The notes under the pieces are model-generated. The model made no database searches. It had not been told where the DNA came from and worked only from the letters and a program-made list of their open reading frames with translations. A DNA stretch of 64,000 nucleotides from assembly GCA_030612025.1 (NCBI GenBank), contig JAUWOR010000005.1:48605-112604 (forward strand), in the 5' to 3' direction. Below are positions 20,080-28,791 of this stretch, one piece after another (position 1 is the first letter of the stretch; every line of letters begins with the position of its first letter). Position numbers and translations under genes: made by a program. This DNA is from Dehalococcoidia bacterium. Its GTDB lineage: Bacteria > Chloroflexota > Dehalococcoidia > GIF9 > AB-539-J10.

Positions 20080-22353
20080 CTACCCTGACTCTTCCGTTTC
20101 TTCTAACCCAATGCATTCCCTTATCCATTTCATTCCCCAATACCCCAAATTTTTGCTAACTTCAGTGCATTGCTGTTCACGGTGATGTCCATAAGTATCT
20201 CTTAGCTCCTCGAAGGATTTAAATTGAACTGAGGTTATATCCTTATCCTTAGTGAATATATGCTTAAATCGCTGCTCCCAATTCGGATTGTAAACTATGA
20301 TTTCTCTTAAGTGTGGGGTAGCAATGTAATCTAACCTTCTCTCTGGAGGGAGTAAAAGCAAAACATCTTTTTGCCGCGGTTCTCTCTCTCCTCTTTCTTT
20401 TATACGCTCATTAGCATAATTCTTTATGCCCTCAGGGATACCCCGCCGCCACCAAGCCTCGCCATGGAGGCTTTTCAATTCTTTGGCTATGAAGTTCCTC
20501 AGATTTATTTCTGTATCTCCTAAGAGCCGCCTAATATCTTCATTGCTTAATTTCTTTGGCCTTGGAGGCGTCCAGGTCCGCAGCAGTTCAAGACCAAATC
20601 CATCAAATTCTTCCTTAATCCACCATGTCATTTGTTTAGCGTTTTCAGTCAATGGCCCTTTACCGACTTGCTTCCTAATCGCACTTCGCTCTTCATCGGA
20701 CTTATTTTTTAACTTCGCTATTATGGGGTTGAGTAATTTCTTTGTCTCATCCCGGAACTTGCTCAGGTCTTTTTTCTTATAAATTCCCTCTTGTCCTGCA
20801 TACCTTAGGTAAAGCATAAGCTGTCTGAAGATAATAAAAAGTATGCGAACGCCGATATTCGAGCGAAGCCGCCCTTCCTCTCCCTTTTGCCAGTCTTCAG
20901 GGAAGGACACCCTAATGACATCAAAGTATGCTTTCAACCTTTCACAGGCAAAATCGACTGTCGAATCATAATCATCTTTATAAACTAACACCTCATTTTT
21001 ATTAATTAGCCTATTCTCTTTGATTCCCTCGCATACTGTTGTCATTGTCAGATTGGGTATCTCTTTGCCCTTGGGAAGCATACTTGGAATTTTAGTGTGA
21101 TTATAAAGAGGTGAGTCACTATCCGAGTTCAATTTCCTAGCTATCAATGAAATAGCCCGTTTAATCTGATGCTCCTCTTCCTCTGAGTCTGCGTAAATGA
21201 CTGGGTATAAATCCCACAGAAGGTTAGGAGTAACTGCTTTTTGCTCCCTATTTATATCAACAAAAAGGTTTGCTTGATCTTTCGGAGATAAAGACTCGAA
21301 GGCAAGAACAGGAACTGTATCCTTCATTTTCCTTTCGTTATTGGCATATCCATATAGTCTATGCTGACCATCAATAATCCAGGCGCTTCCGTAATAGTGA
21401 GGAAATTCAAGCATTCCACACACTACATTTCCTGCCTGTTTTTCCTTCTCAAACCTATGGAAAGTCGGTTTTTGGGTGAAGTTAAGGATGATGTTATTTG
21501 GGAAATACCCACCTTTTGATATGAATTCATCGATTTTCTTTAAACGAGGTTTTTTAACTATTCTCTGATATGAATCACTGACTTCGCTAGGAGAGCTCTC
21601 TCTGCGATGCACATAAGCAACTTTAAGCAATTCTTCAGGTTTAATAATAAAGCTATAATACTTTGCATCTCCTCTACCACCAAGGATAGCGGGTACTTTG
21701 ATATTCCTTAGGGCTGGGATTTTCTTATTCCTGAATAGGATGGTGTAAATTTGAAATTTTGCACTTGCTCCTAAATGCTTAATAAGGTCACCATAAGATT
21801 TGAGGTCTCCTTCCTTCCACACAGCATTTTGGTTATTTTTAGCGAGAACTTCATTACCTTCACTCCATTTAATACCTCGTGTTGCTATTACAAAAGAAAT
21901 TCGAATATGTCTATCATTGTATTTCGCTTTAATCGAAGCGGTAATATCCCTCTTTAAATCGGAGATTTCGTGAATGTCCCTCCGTGAGATTTGTGTCTCA
22001 TGGGTGCTAGCTTTACATTCCACAACAAATGCATCGTTTCCACTCTTAGCAAACACATCAATCTGTTTCTGGATCGGCCCTGCCTGTATTCTAAAGTTTC
22101 TGTCTTTATTCATTTCTGCAAAGCCCGTATCGTAAAAAAGCAACCAAACCTCATCTTCTAGCAATTCATCGAGTTCCTTCTCTTTAGATAATCTTGCCTT
22201 ATTCTTCGGTTGCTTCGGTTTGAGCTCCCATCCGTGTTGTAAATAGGAATCCCGCGCAGCTTGAGAGACTGTTAGTTCGTGATATTTCTTCTTTCGTTGT
22301 CTCGCAGTTTTATTCAGCTCTTCGTTTTGGACTAAATCTCCGTAGAAGTACAA
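20080..22353 (-). CDS. DGQHR (DndB-like) domain protein with N-terminal PD-(D/E)XK nuclease-like and C-terminal Swt1-like HEPN domains
   Basis: QIDVFAK...VVECKAS; YQR...FPNNIILN...IIDGQHRLYGY...LFVDINREQK; EINLRNFI...WWRRGIP...ELRDTYGH (R-x4-H). Confidence 0.85.
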   Translation of the reverse strand: MYFYGDLVQNEELNKTARQRKKKYHELTVSQAARDSYLQHGWELKPKQPKNKARLSKEKELDELLEDEVWLLFYDTGFAEMNKDRNFRIQAGPIQKQIDVFAKSGNDAFVVECKASTHETQISRRDIHEISDLKRDITASIKAKYNDRHIRISFVIATRGIKWSEGNEVLAKNNQNAVWKEGDLKSYGDLIKHLGASAKFQIYTILFRNKKIPALRNIKVPAILGGRGDAKYYSFIIKPEELLKVAYVHRRESSPSEVSDSYQRIVKKPRLKKIDEFISKGGYFPNNIILNFTQKPTFHRFEKEKQAGNVVCGMLEFPHYYGSAWIIDGQHRLYGYANNERKMKDTVPVLAFESLSPKDQANLFVDINREQKAVTPNLLWDLYPVIYADSEEEEHQIKRAISLIARKLNSDSDSPLYNHTKIPSMLPKGKEIPNLTMTTVCEGIKENRLINKNEVLVYKDDYDSTVDFACERLKAYFDVIRVSFPEDWQKGEEGRLRSNIGVRILFIIFRQLMLYLRYAGQEGIYKKKDLSKFRDETKKLLNPIIAKLKNKSDEERSAIRKQVGKGPLTENAKQMTWWIKEEFDGFGLELLRTWTPPRPKKLSNEDIRRLLGDTEINLRNFIAKELKSLHGEAWWRRGIPEGIKNYANERIKERGEREPRQKDVLLLLPPERRLDYIATPHLREIIVYNPNWEQRFKHIFTKDKDITSVQFKSFEELRDTYGHHREQQCTEVSKNLGYWGMKWIRECIGLEETEESG

Positions 22354-22420
22354 TTACTACCTTGCTAATGTGGCTGTTTGCATATCTAGTTTATCATATA
22401 GCCAAAGCACAAATGGCAAA

Positions 22421-22546
22421 TTAGGTAAGCTCATATTCCTTCTTGGTTTCAAACGGGATTATGTAGCGGTAGCTATCGGGCAAAGGTTTGCCTTCCTTTA
22501 AGCACTGGGTGATAAATTCAATTTCATTCTGGTTTAGTCGTTCCAT
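22421..22546 (-). pseudogene. 5' remnant of a putative type III R-M Mod-like DNA methyltransferase (copy 1)
   Basis: Translates MERLNQNEIEFITQCLKEGKPLPDSYRYIIPFETKKEYELT*; family assignment is from recall of similar N-termini. Confidence 0.55.
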
Positions 22547-22719
22547 AAGAATCCCTTGTTCCCGTTAATCCCTTACACTGCTTTGTTGGTGTATTTGAAC
22601 TTTGGCTTAAACATCTCTCTTTAATTATATCAGAGCAAGGTCGCTGTTTTGGAGACGGCTTTGACATTTCGACTCAACCTTACCATAGTTCGCCAGCCCA
22701 TATAAGCTTAGTAAGCTTC

Positions 22720-23190
22720 TCATCGTTTTTCATATTCGGTGTCTCCTACCAAAACATAATCGCCGATCCATTTTACCTGAGGTAATTTGCCCCTGACTGC
22801 TTGGTAAAATGGTCTGTCCCCGGTCCAGAGCTCACAACCCTCGCTTTCAGCCAGAGCAAGATAAGAGGCATCGTAAGCAGACAGGTTGTGCTCTAACGCT
22901 AATTCCAAAATCCTCTCCGGCTCCGCCTCTTTTAATTCTACTCCTAGCTCCAAGAGGGTATCCATAACTTCCAGTGCTTTGTCTGAAGCTAGTCTTTTCA
23001 TATTGGTGGCAGTAAGGATGCCGTTTACCACCTCGTAGATTAAAAGATAGGGGGCTATCGCTTTGACAGCTTCTAGGGCATAAAAATCGTTTCTTAGCGC
23101 AGTGGCTTGCGGAATATACTCTTCATCGTCAAGCTGCCATTTCAAGACCACTGAGGTGTCTACGACTACCAGCCTTGGTTCTTGTGGCAT
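22720..23190 (-). CDS. VapC-type PIN domain toxin
   Basis: VVDTSVVLKW, YEVVN, LSAYDASYLALA, LWTGD. Confidence 0.92.
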   Translation of the reverse strand: MPQEPRLVVVDTSVVLKWQLDDEEYIPQATALRNDFYALEAVKAIAPYLLIYEVVNGILTATNMKRLASDKALEVMDTLLELGVELKEAEPERILELALEHNLSAYDASYLALAESEGCELWTGDRPFYQAVRGKLPQVKWIGDYVLVGDTEYEKR

Positions 23191-23195
23191 ATTTT

Positions 23196-23465
23196 CTATC
23201 TCCGCCGGCCTTCCTCAACGAGTTCAGCGGTAGAAATGCCAATGGGGCCTATCTCCTGCCTGAGCTTGTCCATACGAGATAATAAAGCCATCTTATTCTT
23301 GTCATCGGCCTCAGCGCTTCTCTCGCCATCCCTGACGAGGCGCTCCTCGATAGCCCGGGCACAATAATCAGTCACAGTCATTCCTCGCTTGGCTGCTGCT
23401 ACTTTAATCTGTCTCTTAATTTCCTCATCTTCAAGATAGAGGCCAAGCCTTGCTTTGTTTGCCAT
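23196..23465 (-). CDS. Putative antitoxin (RHH-like) paired with VapC
   Basis: Small gene directly upstream of the PIN gene, SD GGAGGTG, IKVAAAKRGMTVTDYC, C-terminal STAELVEEGRRR. Confidence 0.8.
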   Translation of the reverse strand: MANKARLGLYLEDEEIKRQIKVAAAKRGMTVTDYCARAIEERLVRDGERSAEADDKNKMALLSRMDKLRQEIGPIGISTAELVEEGRRR

Positions 23466-23484
23466 TTCTATCACCTCCAGGCTA

Positions 23485-23513
23485 AGTTTAACGACAAAGC
23501 AACTTGTCGTCAA
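23485..23513 (-). promoter_or_regulatory. TA promoter with palindromic operator across the spacer
   Basis: TTGACG-17 bp-TAAACT on the minus strand; palindrome ACGACAA-N6-TTGTCGT at 23491-23510. Confidence 0.75.
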
Positions 23514-23576
23514 ATAGCTCTACTTATTCATATGATATGCCACGCTGACTGCTTTCTTGTCGGTTCCTTTTTCCCT

Positions 23577-23605
23577 GAGATTGCTTCGCTTCGCGCGCAA
23601 TGACA
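23577..23605. repeat. GTCATTGCG-family repeat
   Basis: GAGATTGCTTCGCTTCGCGCGCAATGACA. Confidence 0.85.
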
Positions 23606-23655
23606 TCTCTTGTTTGCGGGAAGACCTATAAGCCAGATTATGGGTTCTCTTACCC

Positions 23656-23808
23656 TTATCGCTGGAAGAAAGCAGTTACTGGCGATATGCGGCTGTCAGT
23701 GGACTTTCGAGCAAGCAGGACTATATTGCGATAGCTATCTGGCAAAGGCTTGCCTTCCTTCAAACAATGAGTGATAAATTCAATTTCGCTCTGACTTAGT
23801 CGTTCCAT
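23656..23808 (-). pseudogene. 5' remnant of Mod-like methyltransferase (copy 2)
   Basis: MERLSQSEIEFITHCLKEGKPLPDSYRNI...; about 90 bp direct repeat of 22458-22546. Confidence 0.55.
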
Positions 23809-23838
23809 TTTCAAACTCCGATAGCAGGAGTGTGAAAA

Positions 23839-24243
23839 TCATTCCTTTGCACCTTGCATCATTTTTAGTAGCGTCCTTTTGGCCTCTGCTACAAACTTTC
23901 GGGCACAGTCAATTTGCTCCACCGCATCCTCCTCAGTGATTTTAACAAAATCTCCATAGTCAGCATCTTCTCTTATCCCTTTTGCCTCTCTGAGGAACTT
24001 ACTAAATCCTGTGGGGAAAAGCCCAGCTTTTACAATGTGCTGGTTAAACAAAGAAATGACTCCAGAATGTTTACTGCTATCCAGTTCTTTTAATGCTAAA
24101 AGCGCTCTTGCTGAGGTGAACATGGCGTAATAACTCCTATTGACTGCCAAGCTGAAATGTCTTTGTTTGAAAGAATCTTCAGCCTCTTTCAGCATCTCCT
24201 TTGCCTTCTCCAGCCTGTATTTAGCTAAATTTACGTGGCTCAT
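23839..24243 (-). CDS. HEPN domain protein (MNT-HEPN toxin)
   Basis: AVNRSYYAMF.SARALL, SKHSGVISLF, REDADY. Confidence 0.9.
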   Translation of the reverse strand: MSHVNLAKYRLEKAKEMLKEAEDSFKQRHFSLAVNRSYYAMFTSARALLALKELDSSKHSGVISLFNQHIVKAGLFPTGFSKFLREAKGIREDADYGDFVKITEEDAVEQIDCARKFVAEAKRTLLKMMQGAKE

Positions 24244-24584
24244 AAAAGAATTCCCTCCTTTTCCACATTTTCGAAGAAGAAAGAGCCTAATTCTTTGTTC
24301 TTCTGGTATTCAAATAGGTCGTAAAGAACAGGAGATAGAGGTAAGCCGTATTCGATATCATAATTAGCAGTTATCTCTGCTAATTTACTACGAATATATG
24401 ATGTCTTTTCCTTCACCAGGATAAATATGTCAATATCCGAATCTTGATAGAAATCTCCTCTTGCTTTAGAGCCGAAAAGCCGTATAGATACAATTTCATC
24501 TCCTAATTTTTCTTTTAGCTCTTTTACAAAGGAGTTTATTACTGCTCCTTCTCTTTTATTTAAGCAGCCTAATTCGCTCTCCAT
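24240..24584 (-). CDS. Minimal nucleotidyltransferase (MNT antitoxin)
   Basis: LFGSKARGD...DSDIDI; overlaps the HEPN gene by 4 bp. Confidence 0.92.
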   Translation of the reverse strand: MESELGCLNKREGAVINSFVKELKEKLGDEIVSIRLFGSKARGDFYQDSDIDIFILVKEKTSYIRSKLAEITANYDIEYGLPLSPVLYDLFEYQKNKELGSFFFENVEKEGILL

Positions 24585-24586
24585 AA

Positions 24587-25342
24587 TTATCCTTGCCTCT
24601 TTAAGTTTAAGAAATTCAACTCGTATTCTTCAATCAGCTTTTCATCGGCAAAGCTAAAGTATCTATTATCGCCTATTATGATATGGTCTAAGACCTTAAT
24701 CTGCATAATATTGCCAGCGAAGACTAAATCCTGGGTTATTTGTTTGTCATTATCGCTGGGCTCAGGATTTCCCGCGGGGTGATTGTGGACAAAGATTAGA
24801 GCGGCAGCATTGTATTTGATGGCCCTCTCGATGATTTCCCGGGGATAGACGGCGCTAGCAGTTAATGTTCCCTCGAAGAGGTCATCCACTTCGATAACTT
24901 GATTTTGGGCATTGAGGAACATAACTTTGAAGGTCTCTTTTTTGAGGTCTCGCATAGAGAGGTAGAGATAATCGAAAACCTCTTTTGAGGACTTACAATA
25001 GGGTTTATTAAGAATCTGCTCCTCGAGGAACTTCTGGGATAGTTCCTGTATCAGCTTGATGGCGAAGGCGTTGGCTGGACCAATACCTTTAATCTCTTGC
25101 AGTTCTTCACTAGAAGCGGCTAAAACTCCCCGCAAGGTTTTGAACCTTTTTATTGCTTCTTTGGCCTGTGGTTTGCAATCGCCACGCGTACCACCCAGGG
25201 TCAGTAATAGTTCAACAATCTCGTAATCAAGGAATGCCGCCAGTCCAGACTGATTGAATTTCTCCCGTAGCCGTGCTCTATGCCCTTCCCGTGTTAATTG
25301 AGGATTGCTTGCCTTAGGCGTCTCCTGAGGTTCCCGTTGCAT
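24587..25342 (-). CDS. radC: RadC/JAB family protein
   Basis: GHRARLREKF, HhH-like IKGIGPA, VYPREI, HNHPAGNPEPS.ND, LDHIIIG. Confidence 0.93.
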   Translation of the reverse strand: MQREPQETPKASNPQLTREGHRARLREKFNQSGLAAFLDYEIVELLLTLGGTRGDCKPQAKEAIKRFKTLRGVLAASSEELQEIKGIGPANAFAIKLIQELSQKFLEEQILNKPYCKSSKEVFDYLYLSMRDLKKETFKVMFLNAQNQVIEVDDLFEGTLTASAVYPREIIERAIKYNAAALIFVHNHPAGNPEPSDNDKQITQDLVFAGNIMQIKVLDHIIIGDNRYFSFADEKLIEEYELNFLNLKRQG

Positions 25343-25422
25343 AACCCCTTTCCCGCTTTTTGGCTGTAAGCCAAGTTTTGTCAATTTTGCCCCCTTTGGC
25401 AAAAGCAAAGAATTCCCCTTTA

Positions 25423-26628
25423 CTATTCGGATGGTTTTGGAGGTTGCACTCTCGCTTGGGTTCTCACCGGCAAACCCCAGATATGAATGAAGCCGGGAGA
25501 GGCGCTCTGGTCAAAGACATCACCTTTATCATAAGTAGCCAGGCTGAAATTGTAGAGGGAATAGGGAGACTTTCTACCCACTATTCGGCAATTACCTTTG
25601 TGAAGCTTGACCTTCACTATGCCAGTAACGTATCTTTGCGAACTTTGCACATAAGCAGCTAAGTCTTGGCGAAGACCGGTAAACCATAATCCATTGTAAA
25701 TAAGGTCAGCATATTCGCTAACTACTTTTGCCTTAAAGCGGAGCTGCTCTTTGGTCAGCACCAGATCCTCTAAAGCTTGATGAGCTTTGAGCAGCACAGT
25801 AGCCGCTGGTGCTTCATAAACCTCCCTCGATTTTATGCCCACTAATCTGTTTTCCACATGGTCAATCCTGCCTATGCCATGCTCACCGGCTAACTCGTGA
25901 ATTCTCTGAACAAGCGTGACCCCATCCAATTTTTCGTCATCAAGGCTTACTAGTATTCCTTTTTCAAAACCGATCTCCACATAGCTAGGTTGTCCTGGTG
26001 TTTCTTCAAGTGATTTTGTCCAGGCAAAGACATCCTTGGGAGGCTCACTCCAGGGGTCTTCCAGGGCGCCGCATTCAATGCTCCTTCCCCACAAATTTTC
26101 GTCAACGGAATATGGGCTAGCCGTTGTAGCTGGAACAGGGATATTATGCTCCTGGGCATAGGCAATTGTTTGCTCTCTGGTCATATTCCACTCCCTGGCT
26201 GGAGCTATCACTTTGAGCTCAGGAGCCAGAGCGGCTATGCTTACATCGAATCTTACTTGGTCGTTGCCCTTGCCGGTGCAGCCATGAGCTACAATGGTAG
26301 CTCCTTCTTTTTTAGCTGTAGCCACTAAAAGTCGGGCGATGAGGGGGCGCCCTAGCGCGGTGGCTAGCGGATATTGACCCTCATAAAGGGCATCAGCTTG
26401 AAGAGCGGGGAAAACAAAGGATTTTATAAAAGTTTCTTTGGCATCAACTACCAGTGCTTTTGTCGCTCCTATATCGAGTGCCTTTTGCCTAATAGCTTCG
26501 AGATTGCTATAGCTACCTATATCCGCAGTAAGAGTAATAACCTTCAGGTTATATCTTTCCTTGAGCCACTTTATGGCTACAGAGGTATCCAGACCACCAC
26601 TGTAAGCTAAAACTGCTTTGTCTGACAT
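25423..26628 (-). CDS. argG: Argininosuccinate synthase
   Basis: LAYSGGLDTS, HGCTGKGNDQVRF, ENRLVGIKSREVYE. Confidence 0.98.
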   Translation of the reverse strand: MSDKAVLAYSGGLDTSVAIKWLKERYNLKVITLTADIGSYSNLEAIRQKALDIGATKALVVDAKETFIKSFVFPALQADALYEGQYPLATALGRPLIARLLVATAKKEGATIVAHGCTGKGNDQVRFDVSIAALAPELKVIAPAREWNMTREQTIAYAQEHNIPVPATTASPYSVDENLWGRSIECGALEDPWSEPPKDVFAWTKSLEETPGQPSYVEIGFEKGILVSLDDEKLDGVTLVQRIHELAGEHGIGRIDHVENRLVGIKSREVYEAPAATVLLKAHQALEDLVLTKEQLRFKAKVVSEYADLIYNGLWFTGLRQDLAAYVQSSQRYVTGIVKVKLHKGNCRIVGRKSPYSLYNFSLATYDKGDVFDQSASPGFIHIWGLPVRTQARVQPPKPSE

Positions 26629-26714
26629 CTTACCTCCTATTGTCATTGAGCCCGTTTAATTTTGATTCCCCGTTCAATTTCAGCCATCTCGGACGTGTTT
26701 CACCCCCAAATTTT

Positions 26715-26766
26715 TGTAGTTGCCTGATTTATCAGGCACGGTCGCCCAATAAATTGGGCAACTACA
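26715..26766. repeat. REP-like GTAG...CTAC inverted doublet
   Basis: tGTAGTTGCCTGATTTATCAGGCAC-g-GTCGCCCAATAAATTGGGCAACTACa. Confidence 0.75.
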
Positions 26767-26831
26767 TTTTTAAACACCCTCTCATTATAAGAACCTGTGA
26801 AGCGATTCCCAGATGTGATGAGATTGCTTCA

Positions 26832-28025
26832 CTACGCTCGCAATGACATTAAAGTATCTTCTAAAATGTCAATCGCCTTGCCCACCTCCCTTTCGGTAAT
26901 AATGAGGGGGGGCATAAAACGGATAGTGTTTGGCTTCACTTTGTTAACTAGCAAGCCCCTTTTTAAACAAGCCAAGGCTATTTCCTCAGCGATTTCACCC
27001 TTGAATTCCAAAGCTATTAGGAGTCCTCTACCCCTCACCTGAGTGATGAAATCAAATTGCTGCTTCAAGCTCTCCAGCTTAGCCATAAAATACTTTCCCA
27101 CCTGTTTAACCTTTCCCGGTATATCATCCTCGATAATGTATTTCATGGTGGCGTAAGCAGCAGCGCAAGCTAAAGGATTACCACCAAAGGTAGAACCATG
27201 CTCACCAGGGGCAAAGACAGAAGCATGCTCTTTGGCTAAGAAAGCACCGATAGGCACACCGCTGCCTAATCCCTTAGCTAGAGTCATTATGTCTGGCTCC
27301 ACATTATATTGCTCATAGGCAAAAAGCGTTCCTGTTCGACCAATGCCTGTCTGGATTTCATCCAGAATAAGGAGAATACCCTTTTCGTGACACCATTCCT
27401 CTACCTCCTTAAGGTAGTTGTCGTCTGGCACATTGACTCCGCCTTCGCCCTGGATTGGCTCTAGCATTACACCGCAGGTGCGGGCGGTAGTGGCTGCTCT
27501 GATTTTTTCTACATCGTTGTAATCAACATTGATGAAACCGGTGGGCAAAGGTATGTAGGGCTGCTGGAATTTACTTTGACCCGTGGCAGCAGTCATAGCT
27601 AAAGTTCGCCCGTGGAAGGAACTATGAGTGGTGATAATATCATAAGCACCATTGAGGCGGAGCTTCCCATATCTGCGGGCTAGTTTCACGGCACCCTCGT
27701 TAGCCTCAGCGCCGCTATTACAGAAGAAAACCCTATCGAGGCAACTATTCTGTATCAAGATTTGGGCTAATTGTATCTGTGGAATGGTATAAAATTGATT
27801 CGAGGCCTGTATAAGGGTTTTAGCCTGCTTCTCCAAAGCTTCAACTACCACTGGTGGGCAGTGACCCAGGCTATCGACTGCCCAACCACCAACAAGGTCG
27901 AGGTATTTTTTGCCTTGATCATCCCAGACCCAAGCTCCTTCACCTCGAACCAAGGTCACAGGAAACCTGTTAAACGTTCTGAGAAACAACTTTTGCTCTA
28001 ATTCTTGCCAGTTATCGTGGTACAA
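26832..28025 (-). CDS. argD: Acetylornithine aminotransferase
   Basis: NSGAEANE, SFHGRT, EPIQGEGG, DEIQTG, TLAKGLG; TTG start with GGAGG 8 nt upstream. Confidence 0.95.
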   Translation of the reverse strand: MYHDNWQELEQKLFLRTFNRFPVTLVRGEGAWVWDDQGKKYLDLVGGWAVDSLGHCPPVVVEALEKQAKTLIQASNQFYTIPQIQLAQILIQNSCLDRVFFCNSGAEANEGAVKLARRYGKLRLNGAYDIITTHSSFHGRTLAMTAATGQSKFQQPYIPLPTGFINVDYNDVEKIRAATTARTCGVMLEPIQGEGGVNVPDDNYLKEVEEWCHEKGILLILDEIQTGIGRTGTLFAYEQYNVEPDIMTLAKGLGSGVPIGAFLAKEHASVFAPGEHGSTFGGNPLACAAAYATMKYIIEDDIPGKVKQVGKYFMAKLESLKQQFDFITQVRGRGLLIALEFKGEIAEEIALACLKRGLLVNKVKPNTIRFMPPLIITEREVGKAIDILEDTLMSLRA

Positions 28026-28791
28026 TGCTTGTTCCTCCACTCTCTTTTTCAACCTCCTTGAGCAAAGCGTGAGGCATTCTGCCGTCAATGATGCGTACCA
28101 CAGGCACTGTAGTCAAGGCTTTGAGGCTAGCCTCTATTTTAGGGACCATTCCACCGGAGATTATGCCGTTGGTAAGCATTTTTCTCGCCTCAGCAGCACT
28201 AAGCCTGGATAGCGTTTTGCCTGAGTCATCGTGTATGCCATCAACATCGGTCAAAAATATAAGTTTCTCAGCAGCCAAGGCAGCGGCAATTTCTCCAGCA
28301 GCAGCATCCCCATTAATATTAAGCAGCATTGTCCTGTTCCCAACTAAGCCAAAACTTACTGGTGCCACCACGGGCATATAGCCTTTTTCTAATAACGTCC
28401 TTAAAGGGCTGGGGTCAACAGCCACAATCTCACCAACATAACCTAGTTCAGGGTTCTTCATAGTTGACCAGAGCAAATTGCCATCAGCACCGCTTAAACC
28501 AACTGCCTTCCCCTCCAAAGCTTGAATGGCTACTACCAATTCTTTATTAACTAAGCCGCCAAACACTGCAGCCACTACCTTTAAAGTCTCAGCATCGGTA
28601 ACTCTTAATCCTTTTATGAAGCTGGTGGAGATACCAAGCCTGGCAAGCCACTCAGAAGCCACTTGACCACCACCATGAACCACAACTAGGGATTTTCCTT
28701 GTTTTTGAAGCTCTACCAGGTCTTCCAAGGTGGTGTCCTGATTGCCCAAAATGCTGCCACCAATCTTTACTACAATAGTATTCTTCTGCAT
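28012..28791 (-). CDS. argB: Acetylglutamate kinase
   Basis: VVKIGG, VVHGGG, GLRVTD, NINGD, LTDVDG, GGMVPK. Confidence 0.96.
   Translation of the reverse strand: MQKNTIVVKIGGSILGNQDTTLEDLVELQKQGKSLVVVHGGGQVASEWLARLGISTSFIKGLRVTDAETLKVVAAVFGGLVNKELVVAIQALEGKAVGLSGADGNLLWSTMKNPELGYVGEIVAVDPSPLRTLLEKGYMPVVAPVSFGLVGNRTMLLNINGDAAAGEIAAALAAEKLIFLTDVDGIHDDSGKTLSRLSAAEARKMLTNGIISGGMVPKIEASLKALTTVPVVRIIDGRMPHALLKEVEKESGGTSIVPR

Noticed and set aside
26640-27042. Plus-strand ORFs between and over argG and argD
   Set aside because: Derived from REP-like repeats and from the argD antisense strand.
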